A DNA stretch of 64,000 nt from assembly GCA_015231265.1 (NCBI GenBank), contig JADGBX010000003.1:2829-66828 (forward strand), given 5' to 3'. The position numbers and the translations under genes were made by a program. Shown piece after piece: positions 18,753 to 27,198 of this stretch. The stretch is from Magnetococcales bacterium. Its GTDB lineage: Bacteria; Pseudomonadota; Magnetococcia; Magnetococcales; JADGBX01. Position 1 is the first letter of the stretch, and every line of letters begins with the position of its first letter. The notes beneath the pieces are model-generated. The model was not told where the DNA came from, ran no database searches, and was given only the letters and a program-made list of their open reading frames with translations.

Positions 18753-20855
18753 TCAGGTGGCCGGGGCGGGTGGCAGTAGAATTGTTGCCCGTACTCCCCC
18801 GGCCCGGCGGTTGGTGATCTTCAACGACCCTTTGTGATTATGAATGATGCGATGGCAGATCGACAATCCCAGTCCCATGCCCTGTTCGCCCTTGGTGCTG
18901 AAGAACGGGTCGAAGATGCTCTCCAACTGTCCCTCCTCGATGCCACTCCCCTCATCGATCACCTCGATGCGCATGCCGCCCGCCGGGAGGACGTCCGCTG
19001 TCAGCGTTACCGATCCGTTCCGATCAGGAAGCGACTGTAGGGCGTTCAGGATCACATTGATGAACACCTGCTCCAACTGCTGGGCGTTGCCGATAACCGG
19101 GTTCATCGTCTCCGGCAGCTCGACGATGAAGTGGTCGCTGTATTTCTTGATCTTGTTGCGCAGCAGGCCGACCACCGTCTCCAGGAGATGCCGCAACTCC
19201 ACCATCTCGTTCATATTGCCCGGGTCGGGTCGGGCGAGATGCTTGAGATTGTTGACGATGGTGCGAATGCGCTGGCAGTTCTTGTCCATGCCGTCCAGCA
19301 CCTTGGGCAGGCTCTCCAGCGCCTCATCCACCTCCAGGCCGCCGATGGCGAAGGAGCCGTGACTCTGCTGGTAGCTGCACAGGACCCGTTCCAAATCGCT
19401 CCAGCTCCGTTTCAGAATCGCCGTGTTGAAGCGGATGACGCTGGTGGGGTTGTTGATCTCGTGGGCGATGTTGGCAGCCAGAATCCCCAGGGACGCCAGA
19501 CGGGCGTTGCTGATTGCCTGCACCTCCAGGGAGTGCTGCTCTGTAATGTCGGTGGCGATCACCATCGCTTCCGGATTCTCATCGTCGACCTGAAGCGGCA
19601 CGAGGCGCACCTCCCAACACCGTCCGTCCCGATCCATGAAGCGTTTCGAGCCGGGCCGGCCACACCGGTTGGCAAAGAGCTGATTCAGGGCCTGCTCGAA
19701 CCACCCTCTCTCCTCGGGAGGAAAGAGCGTCCGGGCGTTGGTAATCGGTGCGCCGGGGTCGCCATGGGCAGCCGGTTGGCGATTGATCAGGGTGACGCTG
19801 CCATCCTGACGCACGGACATGATGATATCCGGGGATTGATCGAAAAGAATGTGCAACTGGTTGCGGGAGGCCTGAAGCTGGACGGCCATTCTCTCCCGCA
19901 GCCACACCTCTCGACGCAACTTGAAGGAGTAGACGGCAAACAGAACGGTCAGAAACAGACCACCTACCAACAGAAGCCACGGCCCTTCCTGGAACTCGAT
20001 GGCGGAGCGATAGTGCCGGGTCGGGGCGCAGGTGATCGACCAGTGGCGGTCGGCCACAACGATGCGCTGTTCCAGTGTGTAGGCGGTGGGTTGGTCCCAG
20101 CGGTGGTGTGCGTGGAGAGTGAGCGTGCTCTCCTCCTCCGGTCGCTGCGGATCCTGTATCCGGCATGCCACACCTCGCGGCGGCACGGTTGCCATCGCCC
20201 GCGCCACCAGCGTCGGGATGTGAATCACCGCTGCGATATCTCCCAGCAATCGGTTTTCGGAACCCTCTCCTCCCTGCACTGATCGGGGCGCATGGACCGA
20301 CACGGCAGCGAGCACACCATACGCCCGTGTCTCCTGTTTGTTGCCCAGCGGCAGACGATCACTCACTACAGGGTGTGGGCCAGTACCCGGATTTCCCAAC
20401 ACGGAGCGCCAAGCCGTCAGCAGTCTCGCTTCCGACAGGGGGCGCTGCCGTTCGTCGGCGAGCCGCCACGAGATTTGTGCCTCTGTCGCCACCCTCTCCG
20501 GCACCCAGAGCAGAGCTTCCACGCCGGGCAGGTGGGTGGAGAGTTGCCGGTGCAGTATCGTCAACGCTGTGTCATCAAGGGATCCGGCGTGGAGAGCCCG
20601 GTGCTGCGTGCTCTGAGTCAGAGCCGAAAGCCCACGGTCCAGCGTGGTGGCGAGGGCGTTGATCCGGCTGCGTGCGACCCACTCGAACTCCATTTTCAGC
20701 CGTTCGTTCAGCTCCGTGTGGGCAAAAAAGAAGGAGAACAGAGAGAAGAGCAGTCCAAACCCGAGAATGGCCTTGATGATATGTACTTCATAGGGTCGGC
20801 GTAGCTGTTCGAGAATCGGGGAAAACCCATCCTCATCACTGCTGGGTTGGGCCAT
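18753..20855 (-). CDS. Sensor histidine kinase with a periplasmic sensor region and a PAS domain
   Basis: 700 aa with two TM segments bracketing about 250 aa, then a PAS-like region. H-box AHEINNPTSVI and ATPase G-box GMGLGLSICHRII. Confidence 0.85.
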   Translation of the reverse strand: MAQPSSDEDGFSPILEQLRRPYEVHIIKAILGFGLLFSLFSFFFAHTELNERLKMEFEWVARSRINALATTLDRGLSALTQSTQHRALHAGSLDDTALTILHRQLSTHLPGVEALLWVPERVATEAQISWRLADERQRPLSEARLLTAWRSVLGNPGTGPHPVVSDRLPLGNKQETRAYGVLAAVSVHAPRSVQGGEGSENRLLGDIAAVIHIPTLVARAMATVPPRGVACRIQDPQRPEEESTLTLHAHHRWDQPTAYTLEQRIVVADRHWSITCAPTRHYRSAIEFQEGPWLLLVGGLFLTVLFAVYSFKLRREVWLRERMAVQLQASRNQLHILFDQSPDIIMSVRQDGSVTLINRQPAAHGDPGAPITNARTLFPPEERGWFEQALNQLFANRCGRPGSKRFMDRDGRCWEVRLVPLQVDDENPEAMVIATDITEQHSLEVQAISNARLASLGILAANIAHEINNPTSVIRFNTAILKRSWSDLERVLCSYQQSHGSFAIGGLEVDEALESLPKVLDGMDKNCQRIRTIVNNLKHLARPDPGNMNEMVELRHLLETVVGLLRNKIKKYSDHFIVELPETMNPVIGNAQQLEQVFINVILNALQSLPDRNGSVTLTADVLPAGGMRIEVIDEGSGIEEGQLESIFDPFFSTKGEQGMGLGLSICHRIIHNHKGSLKITNRRAGGVRATILLPPAPAT

Positions 20856-20924
20856 GAGAGCACACCTCCGAGACGGCTATCCTGTGAGAAATGCACGTTA
20901 CCTCACTTAGGGCGGTTTCGAGCT

Positions 20925-20957
20925 AATTGAGGACACGCCCAAATTGAGGACGCGCCC
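20925..20957 (+). repeat. Two tandem copies of the MITE-family terminal motif
   Basis: aattgaggacacgccc (20925-20940), one a, then aattgaggacgcgccc (20942-20957). Located about 70 nt upstream of the histidine kinase start. Confidence 0.65.
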
Positions 20958-21020
20958 AAGACTCTTGCCAGGGTAGCAGGAGTTCCTCTGCTTTCCCATG
21001 ACGCGATTCGATGGTTGCGG

Positions 21021-21040
21021 GGTGCAGCAAATGCTGCACC
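21021..21040. promoter_or_regulatory. Perfect 9-2-9 palindrome, candidate enhancer-binding-protein or regulator site
   Basis: ggtgcagca-aa-tgctgcacc read directly. A related half site gcagatgctgca sits at 21116-21127. Both lie in the divergent region between the NtrC-type two-component genes and the Na/Pi transporter gene. Confidence 0.35.
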
Positions 21041-21259
21041 CTCACCAAACCGTGCATTCAGAATAAACAATCACGATAACACTATGTTACATGTGTAACT
21101 CTCTTGGGAGGTGTCGCAGATGCTGCATGGGGATGGCGGGACGATTACGTAGAAATAATCACACTATATGATTGATGCTATTAATGAAACACTATCAAAC
21201 CAGCCGTGGCATGAAAGGTGTAATGAAAGAGGGTAAGAAGACACTGTTCACGATGCGCC

Positions 21260-21538
21260 ATGGAGCACGCCATGACCCTCTCATCCAAGCAGCACACCCA
21301 CTGGGTCTCCCTCATGCTCGACTGGATGGGCATGCTCTCGGCGCTGTTTGCCGTTGTCTTTCTCATCATCACCCTGGGGACGGAGATGTTCTGGTGGGCG
21401 CTGGTGATGGCCGGTGCGGTCTCTCTCTACATTCGGTGGCTGTCGACGATCACCATCGATGACGAACCCACCGCCAAGGAGGCCAGCACCACCCGTTCCC
21501 ATGACGATGCGCAGGTGCAGTCCAGGCACAGGCACTGA
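21260..21538 (+). CDS. Possible small two-TM membrane protein
   Basis: 92-aa ORF with two hydrophobic stretches (WVSLMLDWMGMLSALFAVVFLIITL and FWWALVMAGAVSLYI), just upstream of the Na/Pi gene. No recognisable family. Confidence 0.3.
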   Translation: MEHAMTLSSKQHTHWVSLMLDWMGMLSALFAVVFLIITLGTEMFWWALVMAGAVSLYIRWLSTITIDDEPTAKEASTTRSHDDAQVQSRHRH

Positions 21539-21611
21539 CGGCGTCCGCTGCAGAGTGGTGTGAATCGTCACCCCTTGGCGCGGGCTCCCTACACTACACA
21601 AGGAGGTTACC

Positions 21612-23501
21612 ATGAACAGCCGCACACTCCCCATCCCACGTTCGGTACTTCTCGTCATGGCCGGAGTGTGGTTGTTGTTGCCGGCCACGGGAGATGCGTT
21701 GGCATCCTCCATGGATCTGGCCAGTGCGAAACAGGCGCTGACCGCCTCCGGCTCGGAGATCAATTTCGTCAAGATGGCCATCGAGCTTCTGGGTGGGCTG
21801 GCGCTCTTCCTCTACGGCATGGAGCAGATGACCGCATCTCTGAAGGCGATTGCCGGCAATCGCATGAAGTCGATTCTCGGCACGCTGACCACCAATCGGG
21901 TCACCGGGGTGTTTACCGGTGCCTTTCTGACGGCGATCATTCAGTCCTCCTCGGTCACCACGGTGCTGGTTGTTGGCTTTGTGAGTGCGGGTCTGCTCTC
22001 CCTCTCCCAGTCCATCGGCATCATCTTCGGGGCGGAGATCGGTACCACCATCACTGCCCAGATCATCGCCTTCAAGGTGACTAAATACTCTCTGGTGATG
22101 ATCACTGTCGGATTTCTGATGATGTTTCTCGCCAACACCGAGCAGGTACGTGGTGTCGGCAAGGTGGTGTTGGGGCTCGGGCTGGTCTTTTTCGGCATGA
22201 CCGTCATGAGCACTGCCATGAAACCCCTGCGCACCTACGCGCCGTTCATGGAGCTGATGATCAACATCGAAAATCCCTTGGTGGGGATTCTGATCACCGC
22301 CGGGTTCACTGCCCTGGTTCAGTCCTCTTCCGCGACCACTGCCATCGTCATCGTGATGGCGAGTCAGGGTTTCATCTCTCTACAGGCGGGCATCGCCTTG
22401 GCCTTCGGGGCTAACATCGGCACCTGTGTTACTGCGCTGCTGGCTTCCATCGGTAAACCCAGGGAGGCGGTACGGGCAGCGTTGGTGCACATCACCTTCA
22501 ACACCACCGGTGTACTGCTGTGGGTGTCGTTCATTCCGTACATCGCCGAGGTGGTTACCATGATCTCGCCGGTGGCGGAGGGGGTGACCGGTATGGAGAA
22601 ACTGGCCGCAGAGACCCCGCGTCAGATCGCCAATGCCCACACCCTGTTCAACATCACGAATACACTTATGTTTCTGCCGTTCGTGCATCAGTTCGCCCGC
22701 TTCGTCACCTGGGTGATCCCCGATCCGGACGCCACGGTGACCTCTGAGAAGCGGGGTGCGGTTCCGCATCTCAATCCCGGCATAATGAACACCCCCTCAC
22801 TGGCCATGCCTCTGGTCCGGCGTGAAATTCACCATCGGCTGGGGCAGCCGGTACGGGAGATGTTTCGGGAGATCGTTCCGGCGATCCTGAATCGGGATGC
22901 TGCCGGGTTGCAGGCGATCCGACAGCGGGACGAGGAGGTGAATCTCAACTACAAACGGGTGTTGGGCCAACTGGTGAAGATCGGTGGTCATCACACCAAC
23001 CGTTCCCAGACCGGTGAGTTCCATGCCCTGATGTCCATCACCAATGATCTGGAGGATCTCGGAGATGCGATCAAGGTCAACTTCGTCCATCTGGGAGAGC
23101 AGTGTGTTCGGCAAAATCTCCATTTCGATAGCGACACCACCGGCATGATCGAGGCGTTCCATCTCGAAACGCTTGCCGCCCTGGAGGACGCGTTGTGTGT
23201 GGTCGCCGATCAGAATAAAGCCGACATGGCGCGGTTGCAGGCGCGTCTGCCACGAATCCAGGAGTTTTCGGGGCGGGCACTGGCCAAGACGACCCAGTCG
23301 CTGATCGAGCATCCCGAAGAGATGGAGATCTACCACATGCAGATGGAGCTGCACGATAAGTTCCGCTGGGTGTTCTATCGTGCCAACCGCATGGCGACGG
23401 CGGCGATGGATCACCCCATGCCGGACGAAGGGCAGGAGCAGACGCCCGTCGGGCCGATCTTCCCCAAGAAGGTGGTGTCGGCAGGGCACGGCATGCAGTA
23501 A
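21612..23501 (+). CDS. Na+/phosphate cotransporter family protein with a C-terminal PhoU-like region
   Basis: 629 aa. GLALFLYGMEQMTASLK...IQSSSVTTVLVVGF, and a second repeat VQSSSATTAIVIV, are the duplicated Na_Pi_cotrans motifs. AGGAGG lies 7 nt upstream of the ATG. Confidence 0.85.
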   Translation: MNSRTLPIPRSVLLVMAGVWLLLPATGDALASSMDLASAKQALTASGSEINFVKMAIELLGGLALFLYGMEQMTASLKAIAGNRMKSILGTLTTNRVTGVFTGAFLTAIIQSSSVTTVLVVGFVSAGLLSLSQSIGIIFGAEIGTTITAQIIAFKVTKYSLVMITVGFLMMFLANTEQVRGVGKVVLGLGLVFFGMTVMSTAMKPLRTYAPFMELMINIENPLVGILITAGFTALVQSSSATTAIVIVMASQGFISLQAGIALAFGANIGTCVTALLASIGKPREAVRAALVHITFNTTGVLLWVSFIPYIAEVVTMISPVAEGVTGMEKLAAETPRQIANAHTLFNITNTLMFLPFVHQFARFVTWVIPDPDATVTSEKRGAVPHLNPGIMNTPSLAMPLVRREIHHRLGQPVREMFREIVPAILNRDAAGLQAIRQRDEEVNLNYKRVLGQLVKIGGHHTNRSQTGEFHALMSITNDLEDLGDAIKVNFVHLGEQCVRQNLHFDSDTTGMIEAFHLETLAALEDALCVVADQNKADMARLQARLPRIQEFSGRALAKTTQSLIEHPEEMEIYHMQMELHDKFRWVFYRANRMATAAMDHPMPDEGQEQTPVGPIFPKKVVSAGHGMQ

Positions 23502-23580
23502 AGGTGAGGTCTGGCCGGTCAGGTTTGAAATGTGTGGTTTATTACTACTCTGGTCCAGGGTAGGAGGTCCGAGGAGTTTG

Positions 23581-23614
23581 AGGCAGCACCTCAAAGGTGT
23601 TGCCTTCTTTTTTT
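23581..23614 (+). terminator. Rho-independent terminator after the Na/Pi gene
   Basis: aggcagcacc-tcaaa-ggtgttgcct (10-bp stem with one G-U pair, 5-nt loop) followed by tcttttttt. Confidence 0.7.
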
Positions 23615-23652
23615 ATCAACAGTTAGTGTGCGCGGCATGTGGCTCAGAACCG

Positions 23653-23706
23653 AACTGATAGGCAAAACCAAACTGATAGGCAAAACCAAACTGATAGGCA
23701 AAACTA
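23653..23706. repeat. 18-bp tandem repeat x3 (aactgataggcaaaacca)
   Basis: Copies at 23653-23670, 23671-23688 and 23689-23706 (the last has one change), in the intergenic region upstream of tpsB. Confidence 0.85.
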
Positions 23707-23788
23707 AACAAGATCCGTGTAGCTGAAATTATGACACTTTATGCCCTTTGTCAGGAAAATGTAAGCAGTCGTATGGTATATTTTAAGA

Positions 23789-23816
23789 TTGACGGTGTGT
23801 TTGAGAAATCTACAAT
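23789..23816 (+). promoter_or_regulatory. Candidate sigma70-type promoter for the TPS operon
   Basis: TTGACG (23789-23794), a 16-nt spacer, then TACAAT (23811-23816), about 80 nt upstream of the tpsB start. Confidence 0.35.
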
Positions 23817-23898
23817 GAGGTTCTCTTCACAATAACGCATGAGGGTGCCATCACAGTCTTTGATCGTGGTTAATGTATGAAATAGATGCTTTTTTTTC

Positions 23899-26800
23899 AT
23901 GGTGAGCAAGAGGATATCTGAAAGAGATGAGAGCGTTTACCTCGTTGTGTTGATCCGATATGTTCGTGTTCGGCAGAGTGTATATGGAATCCGTCTGAGC
24001 ACCTTCGTCTTCGCATTGCTGGTTTTATTCCTATTCCAGCAGACAGCTTACGCTGTACAGTCGCCAACAGTTTCGCCGAGAAGACGTGAGATCCTGGTTG
24101 ACCCTCAGGTTATCATGGATCGCGTTACTGTTGAGGAAGTGACTTTACCGTCAATTATACATAAGGTGCTGAACAGGCTACCAAGCACTCCCTATTCTCC
24201 GCTCCCCTTTCCTCCCCCCCTCTCCAAAACAGATAAGATCGTTCTGCCCACAGCGCTTCCCAGAAGGCGCAACCTGCTCGCCTATGACTCGGTGGATAGC
24301 GCCTCTCCCCGGTATCAGAGACCGCGTTTGCCGATCTCCTCTCCAAAAAGACGCCAGCAACTGCAGAGTCCCGTGGCTGGAGAAGGATTCCTTTCACTGG
24401 CAAGTGTCCGCCTGCCGTCTGCCCTGCCTTTGAACAGAGCAGCACTGCCAAATCGTCTGCCCTCCTCGCCGCTTTCAAAGACGCAGAGAGAGTCGTTGCC
24501 GACGATCTCTCCAAGAAGGCGCGCTGTTCATTCTTTTCAATCGACACGCATTTCCACTGTCAATCTGACGGAAGTGGTCTTGCCGGAGGTGAATCCGAGG
24601 AAGCAAGAGAAAAAGTCAACCACTGAGGCTGCCAAAACCCCACTGCCGAAGGCGACGCCACTCGCACGAGAGAAAGAGCCGTCAGTCGAGGTAGCGAAAA
24701 CCCCACTGCCGAAGGCGACGCCCCTTGCACGTGAAAAAGAGCCGTCAGTCGAGGTAGCGAAAACCCCACTGCCGAAGGCGACGCCCCTCAGCCGTGTGCA
24801 AGAGTCCTCTGCAGAGGTGGTTAAAAGGGCTTTTTCCCAGGTGAGCCCACGTAAGCGCGTGCAAAGTGCTTCTGTCAACGCGGCCAAGACGGAACTTCCA
24901 GAGGTAGCACCAAAGAAGCAAGAGAGAGAACCCTCCATCACGGTGGCGAAAACGGTGCTTCCAGAAGCGAAGCCTCTCAAACGCAAGACGGAGCCGCCTG
25001 TTGAGGTTGCCAAAGCGGTCATGCCGGAGACTAAGCCGCTCAAACGCGACGTTGTTGTTGACTATTTTGAGTCCAACAGAGTATCTGGGCTGGAGAGAAT
25101 TGAAAGACCGAAGCCCAAGCCCATGAAGCGCCTGGCCTCCGTGGAAGCTGCGTATCGGTCGTCAAAGGCAACGCCTTGGAAGCACGGTGCCGTTCCTGAA
25201 CAACGGTTGGCAGGGCAGGGCAGTGAGGAGGCGTTGGATACCCAGTGGCCAGCCGTACAACCCAAGAGACGTGAAACTTCCCCGCTGTTGGAGCGCGGGC
25301 AGGAAGATCACGTTACGACGCCCGAAGTGTTGACCAAGAGCGACCGGAAAAGCGCCTCTCCTTGGACGAGCAGTGATGTTCCCGCACAGATGTTGCAAGG
25401 TGAGTCGGTGCGCGAGCAGGTACTCGAAACGTTGACGGATGCTCTCGCCCACCATGCAGAGTTGCCGGAACAGCCGAAAAAACAGACATCCACAACAGTG
25501 GCACGGGCCAAGCCCCGTTCAGTACAGCGCGTAACACGTGGATTGTTGCTGGATGAGCCGGTTGAGGAAGCGCCTTCCAAGGCACCGAGGGCGATCTCTC
25601 CAACGTTTGATATGACACCGTTTGCAGCGCCTGAAGAGTATGTGCTTCCCCCTCTGGAAGAGATGGATGAAGATCTGGCGGAATTGACAGCGGTTGAGAC
25701 CTTCTCCATTGATGCTATCCAGGTGGTCGGCAGTACCGTCCTGTCAGAGCAGGAGATTGCTGAACTCAGCGCCCCCTATCTCAATCAGGCGGTGACGTTG
25801 GAAGAGCTCTACATGCTGCGTGACGCTCTGACTCGGCGCTATATCGACCGTGGTTATGCGACCTCAGGAGCCGTGTTGGAGGAGCAGGAGATCGGTGATG
25901 GGACAGTACTGATTCGCATCATCGAGGGCCAACTGGATCAGATCATCATCACCGGCAACGACAAACTGCGGGAGAGCTTCATCCGTGATCGCCTGCAACC
26001 CACCTCTTCGGGGCCTTTCAACGTCAAGGAGCTGGAGCAGCGTTTGCAGCTTCTGAGACAGCAGCCGATGATCGAGAACATCCGTACCGAAGTGCGACCG
26101 GGTGTTAAACAGGGGTTGGCCGTGCTCACCGTAACGGTGGAGGAGGCGAAACCGTTACAGCTCGGTGTCTCCTACGGCAACCGAAGTGCCCCCAACGTCG
26201 GCACCATCAGACGAGGGATCGAAGGAACCTACCATCCATTCGGTATTGGTGACATCTTCACCGCCAGTTTTGGCCGCTCCAGAGGTGCGGTGGAGTATAA
26301 TCTCTCCTACAGCCTGCCGATCAACGCCAAGGATACCACTCTGTCGTTCGGTTTCAGTGAAAGCACCTCCGTGGTGGTTGTCGCTCCCTTTGCCGAGTTG
26401 AATATTACAAGTGAGAACACCACCTGGTACGCTGCGATTGAGCACCCGTTTTACCGCGACGTCAATCACGAGCTTTCCGCCTCCCTGAAGTGGCAGGGAC
26501 GGGTGAGCCAAACCTCGCTGCTGGGGCTGCCCTTCTCCTTCACTGAAGCGGCCGACAGAGGGGAGACCCGGATCAACAGCGTGCATCTCGGACAGTCTTG
26601 GATCTATCGGGATGCCAGACAGGTGCTCACCACCTCCTCCGAGTTCAATCTCGGTGTTGCCATCGGTGATGTGACCGATAATCCCACGACGGCGGATGGC
26701 CAATATCTCGCCTGGCTGGGACGCAGTCAGTACGTGCGGCAGTTCGACTTTCTGGAGAGCCGGGCCATCGTCCGCTCCTCCCTGCGTCTGACCGATACGC

Positions 26801-27198
26801 CCATGCTGCCGACGGAGAAATTCACCATCGGCGGTTCCAGCACCGTGCGCGGTTATCGGGAGAGCGTCATCTCCCGCGATCAGGGCATGACAACAACCGT
26901 GGAGTGGCAGGTGCCGACGTCTCTACGCATGCCCTTTCCCTATGTGAGCGCACCGGACAGCGACGGTCAGGTCTCTTTGGCCGCCTTTTACGACTATGGC
27001 AAGAACTGGGATAAGATCGAGGACTCCACCGACCCTGAAGACCTCTCAAGTTATGGCTTCGGGGTGCTCTGGTCTCTGAACAAGAACTCCACCGCCTCCT
27101 TCTACTGGGGACGGCCTCTACGCAATGTCAAAGTATCGGGAGATAAATACTCTCAGGATCACGGTTACCACTTCAACGTCAACATAGCGACCTTCTGA
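23899..27198 (+). CDS. TpsB (ShlB/FhaC-family) outer membrane transporter with a roughly 550-aa N-terminal Pro/Lys/Arg-rich extension
   Basis: 1099 aa. The C-terminal roughly 540 aa have a POTRA-like region (IDAIQVVGSTVLSEQEIAELSAPYLNQAVTLEELYMLRDALTRRYIDRGY) and a beta-barrel (FTIGGSSTVRGY, terminal ATF). The N-terminal half is low complexity after a signal anchor. Confidence 0.85.
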   Translation: MVSKRISERDESVYLVVLIRYVRVRQSVYGIRLSTFVFALLVLFLFQQTAYAVQSPTVSPRRREILVDPQVIMDRVTVEEVTLPSIIHKVLNRLPSTPYSPLPFPPPLSKTDKIVLPTALPRRRNLLAYDSVDSASPRYQRPRLPISSPKRRQQLQSPVAGEGFLSLASVRLPSALPLNRAALPNRLPSSPLSKTQRESLPTISPRRRAVHSFQSTRISTVNLTEVVLPEVNPRKQEKKSTTEAAKTPLPKATPLAREKEPSVEVAKTPLPKATPLAREKEPSVEVAKTPLPKATPLSRVQESSAEVVKRAFSQVSPRKRVQSASVNAAKTELPEVAPKKQEREPSITVAKTVLPEAKPLKRKTEPPVEVAKAVMPETKPLKRDVVVDYFESNRVSGLERIERPKPKPMKRLASVEAAYRSSKATPWKHGAVPEQRLAGQGSEEALDTQWPAVQPKRRETSPLLERGQEDHVTTPEVLTKSDRKSASPWTSSDVPAQMLQGESVREQVLETLTDALAHHAELPEQPKKQTSTTVARAKPRSVQRVTRGLLLDEPVEEAPSKAPRAISPTFDMTPFAAPEEYVLPPLEEMDEDLAELTAVETFSIDAIQVVGSTVLSEQEIAELSAPYLNQAVTLEELYMLRDALTRRYIDRGYATSGAVLEEQEIGDGTVLIRIIEGQLDQIIITGNDKLRESFIRDRLQPTSSGPFNVKELEQRLQLLRQQPMIENIRTEVRPGVKQGLAVLTVTVEEAKPLQLGVSYGNRSAPNVGTIRRGIEGTYHPFGIGDIFTASFGRSRGAVEYNLSYSLPINAKDTTLSFGFSESTSVVVVAPFAELNITSENTTWYAAIEHPFYRDVNHELSASLKWQGRVSQTSLLGLPFSFTEAADRGETRINSVHLGQSWIYRDARQVLTTSSEFNLGVAIGDVTDNPTTADGQYLAWLGRSQYVRQFDFLESRAIVRSSLRLTDTPMLPTEKFTIGGSSTVRGYRESVISRDQGMTTTVEWQVPTSLRMPFPYVSAPDSDGQVSLAAFYDYGKNWDKIEDSTDPEDLSSYGFGVLWSLNKNSTASFYWGRPLRNVKVSGDKYSQDHGYHFNVNIATF
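24631..24819 (+). repeat. 63-bp in-frame tandem repeat x3 inside tpsB (AKTPLPKATPLAREKEPSVEV)
   Basis: Units at 24631-24693, 24694-24756 and 24757-24819. The first two are near identical and the third diverges in its second half. Confidence 0.85.

Noticed and set aside
12551-20282. Several long antisense ORFs (12551..13336 -, 13687..14394 -, 14613..15284 +, 15678..16643 +, 18072..18779 +, 19131..20282 +)
   Set aside because: Each lies opposite a gene with strong family motifs (TolC, MFP, Tex, NtrC-type regulator, histidine kinase). The translations are Arg/Gly/His-rich and lack motifs.
21207-21222. Possible sigma54 promoter TGGCAT-N5-GTGTA upstream of 21260
   Set aside because: The -24 GG is present, but the -12 element reads GTGT instead of TTGC, with no GC at the required spacing. 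That is too weak to call.
23532-23726. 64-aa ORF ending in KTKLIGKTKLIGKTK
   Set aside because: The periodic peptide is just the translation of the 18-bp intergenic tandem repeat. It lies after a terminator and has no RBS.
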